Shown here one piece after another: positions 11,843-22,274 of a stretch of 32,361 nt of DNA. Each line of letters begins with the position of its first letter. Positions within the stretch are counted from its first letter, which is position 1. Made by a program: the position numbers and the translations under genes. Source of the DNA: Tubiluchus corallicola (lineage: Eukaryota; Animalia; Priapulida); the NCBI GenBank assembly GCA_030141605.1, contig JAQGDQ010001621.1:1-32361 (forward strand), read 5' to 3'. The notes under the pieces were generated by a model that was not told the origin of the DNA, made no database searches, and saw only the letters and a list, made by a program, of their open reading frames with translations.

Positions 11843-12319
11843 GTACTATCAGTAGCACTAGTATTAGTATTTGTTGTTGTTGTTTTGCGAAAACAGTTTT
11901 TTACATCATCAGAGCAAATAGCAAAAGGCATTAAAATGTACAAAATCGTACTAATAAAGATGCTTAATATATGCATTATTTATATAAAGATGCTTTATAT
12001 ATAAATATATTACATATATTATATATATATATATATATAATGTACATATATAATATACATATATATATATATATATTACATATATATATATGTTACAAGC
12101 AATGCGTAAAATCGGGTATTCTGTAGAATGCCTAGGCATTTTATAAAGTGTCAAAACAAACCAGGTAGAGTGTCTAAAACAGCCCATTCAACACTTTTCC
12201 TAGGCATTATGTGCAATGCAAAAGTCTCTAAAGGCAAAGTGTAATTCTTAGATTTTAAGCATACTTTTCCTAGGCATTTTATATAAAGCCTGTTTTATTT
12301 TAGGGAATTTGTGAAATTG

Positions 12320-12390
<71 letters not shown>

Positions 12391-12396
12391 AGGGAG

Positions 12397-12479
<83 letters not shown>

Positions 12480-15400
12480 GATTTATGGTCCGCTGTGCGA
12501 GCTACAGTTCGTAAAACGTTTTCATTCAATCCAATTGTCTGATTTTATACTGCGAAAAATACGTTCTTTGCTCATTAAATTTTTATTAGTACCTACTTTT
12601 GTGACAACACCAGTCATAGCCATTATTCCTGAAAACTTTACTGAATCCGGCCGCAGTCTTATTTCCTAGTTAGGGAAAGTGATCCACCTGACTGAGCTGC
12701 ATGTCAGGGATGGTGATGTCCACCCGTTTCCAGAAAAAATTAACTCACCGGCTTATTTGAACAGCTTGCTTAGTCTACTACTTTGACTAATTCGTTTTAC
12801 ACATTCTATACAATGTCTAGGTACTGTCTAAAATCCTAGGATAAGTTCTATTCAGCACGAATCATTTCACATTGTTCATTTTACACTTTGCCAAAGACAC
12901 TTTACGCCAAAGACACTATATAAATCCTAACTATTGTACAAAACGCCTAGGCAGAGCGTGAGAAAGTCTGAGCAAAAAGATTTATTTCACACTTACCGAA
13001 ACACATGGGTATTACCAGTGGCGGCTATAATTAGTGAGGGGGAGGCTGCTTCAGAAAATTTTTAGCCATTGGTTTAATACTACGTAAAACGTAACAAACA
13101 TAATTATGTAATTTTAATATTGTAGTTATATTTGAAGATCGGGTGTTGAGCGGCCTCTTTTTAATTACAACTTTTTCATCCAGAGACAACTGTGAAAAAT
13201 TAAGCTGTTGTAGTTCACTTACAGTCACAGAACTTCTTTCTTGGGGTCCGTTATTAAATCATTTGTGTTTTAAGCGCACACGCTAAATTTACACTTTATC
13301 ATATCCAAGAACGCGGTAAGCACGTGGCAATTGTTACTGTGATAGTGACAGTACTTTACCTAGCAGCAGACATGCGTGCTTGGCCGCATGAGCACAACAA
13401 CCAAACACCACGTTGCTTGGGCTATGAAGCAGATTGTACTTCCCTCACGTTCTCTGATTCCGCAAAAGCATAAAAAAGAACTAAAGAAAAAAGACTTATT
13501 ATATTGAATATTATCGATAATAATGAGTGAAAATAGGGGGTGCTGCAGTACCACAGTACCTATATACGAGCCGCCACTGGATATTACATGAGATATCTAG
13601 GAATTTTATAAAATGTGTAAATTTTACATATTGTCTGTAACATAAATAATTGACTCAACTATATACATACTGTATAGTTTGTTAAATAGTAATACATTTT
13701 AGTGCTGGTGATGTTCAACAATACATGTAAGTTTATAACTTTTAGGGTATTCAACAGGCTAAAAGCTTAAAGCAACCATTGATTACCTCGTCATGCACGC
13801 AAATTTTGCCACCCATTGTACTTTGCTTTAAAGTTCTTAGAAAGTTGAGATTACTTACAAATGTTGAGTGTTAACTTTTAAACGATTTCTTATTTTTTTC
13901 ATTTGTTGCAGGCATCGTTGGGATTTATGTATGGTGATACTTCTCATTATAAACCTAATTGCCTTACCAGCAGGAATAACATTTTTTGATAGCCAGAAAG
14001 ACACAGGCTGGGTGGTATTTAACAGCTTTTCTGATGCAGTTTTCCTTTTGGATATTCTCGTAAATTTTCGTACAGGTAATTAAAAAATGTCAAAAATATT
14101 CGCCAAGAAACCCATTGATGTAAAAACTTTCAAGAATCATTAATGTTGAGTAACCTAATTTTTAGATAAACGTATTACACACGCATGCACATTACACAAC
14201 GCACATTCATGTGTGTTATAGGAAAATATACACACGACTGTATATTTTTTTAATCGAGGTTTGTAAAGTATAAAGATTCTAGCTATAATAATTGTTAAAA
14301 GCAGCTATTGTTGAAGCATGTTCTTTTAATCTGCCTTCGCGGGGACATTTTAAAACATTATGTTGCACATTTCACATTTTAGATATTGTCTCAAATTGTA
14401 TTATTTTTGCACAAATTACAATAATAATTTTTAATTGAATAATTATAAAGAGTACTTATAATAATACAAATAATTGAAACAAATGGCAAATTGAAAAGTT
14501 CGTTGCTATGTCTGATGTAATTTGAATTACCTGCAGATTAGTTAGAAAATAAGCGTAATACATTAAACACAACGCAATTAATTTCAGCAATAGGTAATTT
14601 GAATTTACAAACTTAAACTCAAGAATAACCTGTTGTTCGGTGATTACCACACTTAGGACATTCAATTACGGATGTCGTTTACTGAGGTTTTGAAGGTAGA
14701 CTTCTTGTCTATTGGCGGTTATACTGTGGAAGCAAACAGCAGAAAATTCACCTACTATCCACGCAAGTACACCCGTCCTCTTTAATGCGCACATGTATGT
14801 TAGTTTTAGCGACTATTGCAGACGACCACGGCAACAAAAGTTATTTTATTCGAAAGCCTGTGAAATTTTCTACCTAACCATATAAATTGTTTTATCAGGT
14901 GTTTCCACAGAGAAAAAAATAGCGAAAAACTCGAACCCTGGTAGCCAGTTTTTAGGAGAGATTCTTCCACTGGAATTCAAAACTTGTGTAAGGTTATAGT
15001 TTAAATAGCGATTAGAAATCATTCAGTTTTCACGTTAGCTGTAAAAAGAGATGTCACGCAACCCGTTAAACGCTTATCGCGCGTTTAATGTTGTAATTTA
15101 CATAATTTATTGGGTGAAAATAGATTTACAAAACATACGGTCATTACAGATATTTGCTGATAACTAGAGCCCACAGCCAAGCCGTTTTACGCGAAGCCCA
15201 TGCAACTACTTAAAAGTTATCACATGTAGTAAACGAGCTTTAATATTTTAATGATTGCACTATTTCTTATTCAATTTGTCTTTATAACTAGTGTCTCAGT
15301 TTATTACCCGTGGAACTCATTACAACAATCTAGATTCGAAAAACTACTATTATTATCCGTTCATTGACTAAGCAGTAATAGACCTATGTATTAGAAGCAT

Positions 15401-18400
15401 TTTGCTCAAAATTAACTGTGTTTTCTTGCTTTATTTCTTAGCACTCCTAAAACTGGGCCATGTACATCTTTATTTTCTTGCTTCCTATTAGCTAACCAAT
15501 AAAAATTAAGATTATTTAGCAAAGCTAGCTTTTTTGTACTAAACAGCTAAGGAAATGGGTTAGTTCTACTAGGAGTGAACAAGTGAATAATTTTTTGTAA
15601 ATAACAACTGTACTGACGCGATAAAGTATGACTCCACTTGTTGAATCTTAGTGGAATTTGTCCATTCCCCTTGCTGTTGGACTTTATTAGAATTAGCCTA
15701 ATCCTCTAATCCATTCTTATTTAATAACTTGCATTTGTAACTATATTATCTCATAAAGAAGCTTTACAAATGCTTAGTTCGTGCTCACACGTTTCTTATG
15801 AATTCTGATGCTATCAGTACTCAAACAATATTCCCAAATGGTGCAATCAAACCCCATTCTTCATTAAATAATAATAATAATGTTCTATAATACACGTGTA
15901 TCATTGTATGTGTAATTTTAAATTTGTAGCAGCTGTATAACAATATAATTTCTCTTTACACGGACGACATGACTAATTTTAAAATTTTGGCTTTTTTGGT
16001 TACCTATTATTTATTTAGCTATCTACTAACAGTTAGTCAATTACTCTTAACTAACGCTGTTTTTAAGTAAGTTTAGTTAGTTTTAGTAAGTTGTGTTGCT
16101 GTGCACAGTGCACTTTCTCATTGACCGCTGGCAAGTTTCTCAAACATTTTGCTAAGTCGCTGTTACACTGTTTCGTTATGTCATATATTTGGAACAATGT
16201 TTGAAGCTTCTCAGGAGAGTTTGCCATCTTCCTCCACATATGTGGATTTACATGTGTGGGATATAACTTGCTTTATCTATCACTTAATTTACAGGTATTT
16301 TGTGTTCTGAAAAACAAAACGAGATAGTTCTTAACGGTAAAGAAATTGCCAAATCATATCTAAGAAAATGGTTCATCTTAGATTTTATCAGCTCTATACC
16401 GTTCGACTTTGTGGCAGGAAAAGAGCTGGTAAGAGGTCTGCGAGTGTTGCGTATGTTGAGTCTTATACGACTCTTACGTCTCTCACGTCTGATGCGGTAC
16501 GCTACTCAGTACGAGGAGGTAAGACCCACCGAATAGAGAGACTCTCTCTATTCTGTGTACAGCATTGAGCCCATAAACTTATACATAATGCAGATTTGAC
16601 GACTAGTAATATTCATACTGCCCAATTGTAGACACAAATCTCAAAAGAATATCCAATAAACAGTAGAATTTGCCTTCCGATTTGTCAGATTTTTTAATTT
16701 CGTTTTTATGTCACTTAGCGAGCAAAGTATTGCATGTAGCTTCGAAAAGCGAGCAAGGTAAAAGTTGAAACTGATCTATTGCTGTTTGCCAGAAATTTTG
16801 GTCTTTTCAAATTACACTTTGAAAAATCAGCGCACCTGCAAACGCGCAGGCACATGCGCTCGAACCCACGTGCATGCATGCACAGCCTAGACGGCTAGAC
16901 CATACATAAACTATTTAAATTATTGCACATAATTATTTAAACCATTGCACAGGCTTGTTATTATTATTGATTTCAGTTCAGAGATTTCGCCAACAAATTT
17001 GTAAGAATTTTCAATTTCGTTTGTCTTATGTTACTTATCGGACACTGGAGTGGGTGCATACAATTTTTAGTGCCAGCCGTAATGGATTTTCCACCTCGAT
17101 CTTGGGTCGCCATAAATGAATTACAGGTATAATCATTACAGGTGTATTGCTCTATTGTAACATGCCTAATTTAGAAATTGTAATTTTTATAGAACTGTAG
17201 GTAAACCGACATTCAGCACTCTTTTAGTATCATTAGCTTCTAATAATTCTTATACTTTTCTTGTAATTACTTTCATGATTTAGATTGAAGAAAAACATTG
17301 TAATTGTTCGATAAAAAACTGAAAGTATATTTTCAATTGTTCAACCATAATCGACAAAATTCACTCAGGGATGTCCTTATTTAAATCTCCGAACTACATA
17401 CATGTCCAAATTACTTTTTCTGAATTTCAAAAAAAATGAAAGTTGAATTTTTTGTACTGAGCGTTAAACTCAGCAGTTGTACATTGTTTCTTGATTCCTG
17501 CATGATACGCATACAATTATTTTTTCGGCAAACGGCATTCTTGTATTTTTAAAGATCTGATAAATTTCGATTAAAATAACAAAGACCAAAGCCCAGCAAA
17601 GAACAATATTTCTAGAAACAAAAAGACTTGTACTTATTATATAATTTTCCAGGAAGTGCACTGGTTTGAACAATACTCTTGGTCCTTATTTAAAGCAATG
17701 TCCCATATGATATGTATTGGATATGGCCGTTTTCCACCTCAATGCTTGGAAGATGTGTGGCTAACTATGTGCAGTATGCTTCTTGGTGCAACTTGTTACG
17801 CAATTATGTTAGGGCACGCCACAGCTGTTATAGGACAAATGGATTCTGCTCGCAAGAAATTTAGAGAAAAGGTATAACCTTGTATAATTTTCTAAACGTA
17901 GTATATATATATATATATATATATACATATATAACTATTTTTATTATATATTATTAGAAAACGTACAGTTTCTAGTTCCTGCTAACTGTTTTCAGATCTT
18001 TTCGAAATCTAATATGTTTATTACTGTAGGTAGTGTAGGATTTGTTGCAAGTATTATGCACCAAGCTTTGATTTTGTTGTAGTGTAACTAAGAGCCCGAT
18101 ATATACGTTTATGCATATGCACATAATATGGTTTGTATATGTTTTGTACTGTGCGCGATCACCAAGTATTAATGTTCCTGAGTAGCGTATGCTAGGGTAA
18201 AATAAGTGTTCAAAGCGAAGTACATGTTTTTTGACATTCCGCACTTACAGCGTGTGTTAGAACGAAATATAGCGCTGATCATAATTAATTTTAGTATTCT
18301 CATCTATAAGGCAATTATTTGAAGCTGACATTAATGCGTTGTGCCTGTTCATTAAAGATTGTTTTTCTGTAATTAACTGAAAACAGTAACGAATAATAGA

Positions 18401-21400
18401 GTGCGCGTGGTATGGACAGTTATTATGTATTATTAGTGTGTAGACATTACCATCCGCATTATTATTATTGTGTTTTTTTTGTATTTGATTTTATCTTGTA
18501 ATTTTAATCATTGTCAGTAAATTTAAATAATAAATGTATTAATTAACCGGTAGTATAAATACTTACGTAATCTACATGCTGAACTACGGGTACTTACCTG
18601 AAGAGCCTTTTATTTATTTATTTATTGAATTTCTGACGTAAACGTGCTTGTGTACAAAAAATTGGGCGCGCAGACATGCAATTTTAAACTGTGCAGCTAT
18701 AGATATATAGCACTATGAAGTACGGAGCTTGAAGAAGTTGCATGTATTTGTGCATTATTAATTCACAAAAAGACAAATAGACACCGGAAATATTTAGTTC
18801 ACCCAATAACTGTACCCAAGTTTTGTACAGATGACAACCTATACTTTAAATTATTAAGCTTTACCATGCTCTATAGCCTAGAGTATTGTATTTAGATGCA
18901 ACAAGTTAATGAGTACTTGATTTATCGGAAACTTCCAAGTGAATTGAGAGAACGAATAAATGATTATTTGGAACATCGATATCAAGGAACGTACTTCAAT
19001 GAAGAAGCCGTGTTACGAGATTTATCAGATCGTCTTCGAGAAGTAAGTTTCAAACTAAAAATCCGTGATGATAATCTTTGATCATAAATTATTTTTATAA
19101 TTGTTATGCGTGTGCGTAAGCAAAGCGTTTTAGTTTTTGTTACAGAAGTGCGCAAATAACTCAAAACCAATTAAAAGCCTATACAACCCCAACGGAGAAC
19201 ACACAGCACTAAGGATTTTTAACATACTGTATTATAACGAGAGCTTAGTTTGACTTTAAGGCTCATCGAGAACATGAGTTTGTATTAAAGTTAGTTGAAG
19301 ACATGTTTGAAAACACAAGCAATAAAATGCAATAATCAGATTGTAATTAGTAAAATTTATTTTGAACCGCTATTATTTCGCAGAATACTCAGCAAAATGT
19401 AGTGCGCATGCGTTCATCTGTCTTTGCTGTCGAGAAATGTATTTCATTTCGTTTAATTTGCAACCATATCAAAGATACCATAGGCAGTTTCCCAAAAATG
19501 CACAATTATGCCACGCACTGTTAAAATATGGAGTATGCTTTTAAATCATTTATGTTTAAGTAAAAGCATCCATCATACAATACTGAATTTACATTAGCAA
19601 ATATGAATAAAAATAAAAATGAAAATGAAGTAATAAAAATTTGATATAAAAATGTGCTTCTGATCAATTTTCATCACATGAAGAAACTACATACTTAATT
19701 TTGACTGGTAACGAAGTCACCAGACTCATAAGACCAAATTTAAGAAAATAAATAAAAAATTTCTGTAATGAAAAAATAAAAAAATGTAAATGTGCAACAA
19801 ATATATTAAGCACTATAAGAATATTATAGTATGATTTTCATCTTTTTAAAATTCGACAGCAATTTAGTTTATTTTGACGTTACATGTCAAGTTATTCCTT
19901 AACATAGGACCTTGATAAACAATGAAATGTTTCATTAGGTTAGCTCTTATTTTCGGAATATGGTAATTGTTGAGCTGCCTAGCACTGCACATATAAAGTA
20001 TATTGTTTCTTTTAAATATGTTGGTGAAAATATTAAGAAGCACTGTCAGCACACCATTAAAATGTTTGTGAATAAAACAGGCAACTTTCGTACGTACAAT
20101 GTTAGGCAACGAATGTTTTTTCTTTTTAAAGTTTGTAATTGCTTGTTGTAAAACTAGTTCAATTATACATAGCATTGAATATCTTTAAATCCAGACTAGT
20201 CGTGACAGGTTTACACAGTGAAGTGTTCACAAGATGATGATTTTCTATACATCTTAATTGAGCAAGTGTAAAATGCCGCTGCATTATGTATAAAGAGATT
20301 TTCTTATCATGTGGTATATAAAGGAAATTTTTCCTACTAAAAGGAAATACATGTAGATATCATGTTGATGCCTTTTTCCACGTAAGCGCACTTAACAGTA
20401 GTTAAAATACAACATTCTAGTTTCAACGTAGAGTCATACCCAAGACTTAAAAATGGTACCGCTGGTAAATGCTATTGAAGTAACATGCGGATAATAATAA
20501 TCGGGAAATAAGTATTATGTTATTTAAGGCGTTATCCCCGATCTATGTCCTAAACGAAATTATTATTATTATAACGTAGATGTCGTATAACCAATTATTG
20601 CTTCCTTTCTTACTCCCCTTCTCAGTCCTGAAGGTCGGTCCGTGGTGCATGCAGCAGCGCTCACTCTTACGATATCCATGCACTCGCCCTACATTTCTTT
20701 TTCGTCCTCTCGACCGTTTCCCGTTGATTCTGTCCTCTAGCTTCCATATCCTGACATTCTCTACAAAATGTTGCTCTGTCTCCAACTCAATGAAAGGATT
20801 GGTCATCTATCAGGGATGAACTTTGAACTACCTCGACCACTGCGAGGAGTTGTTAAGGCGTCTGCAATGTAAGCAAAAGGTCACTTTTTCAAATCGAGGC
20901 TACATCCCAACCTTTTCACATTTCCACTCTTTCCAAAATTATGGTTTGTAACAATGTTGATGGTAATATGTCCGGCAATACTGACCCCACGATACTACAT
21001 ATTAGACATTGTGGCCTAGCTAAGGAGAGCTCGTGGAAGAGATAACTAACAAAATTAATGGTTATTTTTGTTAACGCGTTACAGGCCAAATTCCGTCAGA
21101 GTTATTGGACCTACACATATTTCTTATATCATGATGGAAAAAATGCTTGGAACAAAAACTAATGAATGCACCTTGCCAAAAACAAATCACACTACAATGA
21201 AACCTGGCATTGTTTTGTCAAAAATTTCGACCTTATACAGGGGGCCATTGTAACGAGGTTTGACTGTACTTGAAACTACTGAATTGATTAACACACATTT
21301 CTCGTGTATTTACAGGAAGTTATTAGTTTCAACTGCCGTGCTTTGATGTCTGTTGTTCCCATTTTCGTTAATTCGGATCCAAACTTTTTTTCTGACGTCC

Positions 21401-22274
21401 TTTCAAAACTGGTGTATCAGGTTGTTCAACCAGGTGATATCATTGTGAAACATGGCGCAATGGGAGATAAAATGTACTTCATTCAGGAAGGAATTGTTGA
21501 TGTTATCACTTCAGATGGTCAAATAACATGCAGTCTGTCTGACGGGGAATATTTTGGAGGTAATACTACTACATGAAACCTGTTTAACTGTTTAATTCAG
21601 TGTATCTGACTGTGATGATATCGCCAAGATTAAATCTGGCAAAGACAGATATTTGCCTGTCCAATATATAAGCGTAAATTATAAGTGTGGTTCGATAAAA
21701 ATAAATAAAATACATCTATTAGATTATACATGTTTTAGATTATTACACATCTATTATACATGTATTAGATTATAGCGCATTCACCAATTGTTATACTAAG
21801 CCCTCGCGAAAAATTCTTCTAGCTTATCAGTTATCACGGCTCATTTGTTTTTAATTACTACACATTATGCGTTGCATACAGTTTTATAGTTTTCTTCAAT
21901 GTATGAATGAAATTTGGTACACATGTACAATCGCACATTCCAGCTTTTTTACGAAAATGACGCCAAACTGGAACGGAGGACCAAAGGTGTAAGTTAAAGG
22001 TCACAATTTCAATTTCATCTATAAACCAGGTTTCATTCTGCTTGTTATTACAGAAATATGTTTACTAACTCGCACACCACGTGTAGCAACTGTCAGAGCT
22101 GCAACCTACTGCAAGCTTTTCTCCTTATCCTATGAGGTTTTCAATGACGTACTTGAAAGATATCCAACAGTACGCAGAAGTATGGAGCAAACAATGGCTG
22201 AACGACTTGACAAGATAGGATTACATACAGAGGAGTACTATGTATTTGTCAAGAAAAAGCGTATCAGGGACTAA
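10933..22274 (+). CDS. HCN: Hyperpolarization-activated cyclic nucleotide-gated (HCN/Ih-like) cation channel, complete 8-exon model, 541 aa
   Basis: Eight GT-AG-bounded exons splice in frame (intron phases 2,1,0,0,0,0,1). They encode HCN domain, S1-S6, CIGYG filter, C-linker and CNBD, total 1626 nt including TAA. Invertebrate-type signatures: [27 protein letters not shown] in the PBC. Confidence 0.93.
11813..12091. repeat. (TA)n microsatellite and degenerate TA-rich tract
   Basis: Pure TA run ~11813..11838 and interrupted TA runs ~11980..12091. Confidence 0.9.
12321..12474. repeat. (AG)n microsatellite with a central (GGGA)n interruption
   Basis: About 150 bp of pure purine tract, directly visible. 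Confidence 0.97.
13016..13579 (-). mobile_element. Non-autonomous hAT DNA transposon (internal-deletion derivative) in HCN intron 1
   Basis: TIRs CAGTGGCGGCT (13016) and AGCCGCCACTG (ends 13579). 8-bp TSD ggtattac / gatattac. Internal minus-strand remnant [22 protein letters not shown] resembles the N-terminus of Tip100/ZMYM1-like hAT transposases. Confidence 0.8.
13912..14075 (+). CDS. HCN: HCN coding exon 2: S1-S2
   Basis: ttgcag acceptor, [54 protein letters not shown](G), gtaatt donor. Confidence 0.95.
16295..16518 (+). CDS. HCN: HCN coding exon 3: S2-S3 loop, S3 and S4 voltage sensor
   Basis: ttacag acceptor, [74 protein letters not shown], gtaaga donor. Confidence 0.95.
16977..17126 (+). 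CDS. HCN: HCN coding exon 4: S4-S5 linker, S5 and turret (missing from the ORF track)
   Basis: tttcag acceptor, [50 protein letters not shown], gtataa donor; 150 nt, phase 0/0. Confidence 0.95.
17653..17871 (+). CDS. HCN: HCN coding exon 5: pore helix, CIGYG selectivity filter and S6
   Basis: ttccag acceptor, [73 protein letters not shown], gtataa donor. CIGYG is at 17713..17727. Confidence 0.97.
17902..17932. repeat. (TA)n microsatellite
   Basis: Directly visible in intron 5. Confidence 0.9.
18896..19042 (+). CDS. HCN: HCN coding exon 6: C-linker
   Basis: atttag acceptor, [49 protein letters not shown], gtaagt donor. Confidence 0.95.
19860..20180 (-). mobile_element. Degenerate 3' end of a CR1/L2-group LINE ORF2
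   Basis: ORF 19864..20175 reads ...[14 protein letters not shown]...NIF...[38 protein letters not shown]. This resembles the h.y.TR...p..RT.....i.Y.Gp.lWN.Lp C-terminus of CR1/L2-type ORF2. Confidence 0.6.
20428..20500 (+). mobile_element. Possible SINE fragment
   Basis: gagtcatacccaagacttaaaaatggtacc resembles the body motif of widespread aquatic-animal SINEs and is followed by a (taa)n tail. Recognised from memory only. Confidence 0.3.
20559..20790 (-). mobile_element. 3' end of an RTE-clade LINE with (TAA)n tail
   Basis: Minus-strand [16 protein letters not shown] matches the RTE C-terminal G.R.RGR motif. It is followed by a short 3' UTR and (ATT)n at 20559..20572 on the + strand. Confidence 0.65.
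21080..21268. mobile_element. Possible Tc1/mariner (pogo-like) MITE remnant
   Basis: Right end taacgaggtttgactg-TA reads as TA-CAGTCAAACCTCGTTA on the other strand. Only a degenerate left end (tacaggccaaattccgt) is seen. Confidence 0.35.
21316..21559 (+). CDS. HCN: HCN coding exon 7: end of C-linker and CNBD beta-roll
   Basis: ttacag acceptor, [81 protein letters not shown](E), gtaata donor. Confidence 0.95.
22054..22274 (+). CDS. HCN: HCN coding exon 8 (terminal): PBC, B and C helices, short basic tail (missing from the ORF track)
   Basis: ttacag acceptor, (E)[75 protein letters not shown] at 22272..22274. Confidence 0.95.

Noticed and set aside
11795-12529. ORFs with YI, SL and RE dipeptide runs
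   Set aside because: Translations of (TA)n and (AG)n microsatellites.
16953-16976. Upstream alternative acceptor (cacag at 16952) extending exon 4 in frame
   Set aside because: The 24-nt extension reads GCT TGT TAT TAT TAT TGA and contains a stop.
16429-17727. Possibility that this is an HCNL1-type proton channel (gating-pore conduction, dead central pore)
   Set aside because: All four lower S4 arginines are in register and the CIGYG filter and pore helix are intact. The Met in RMLS is not at an Arg position.
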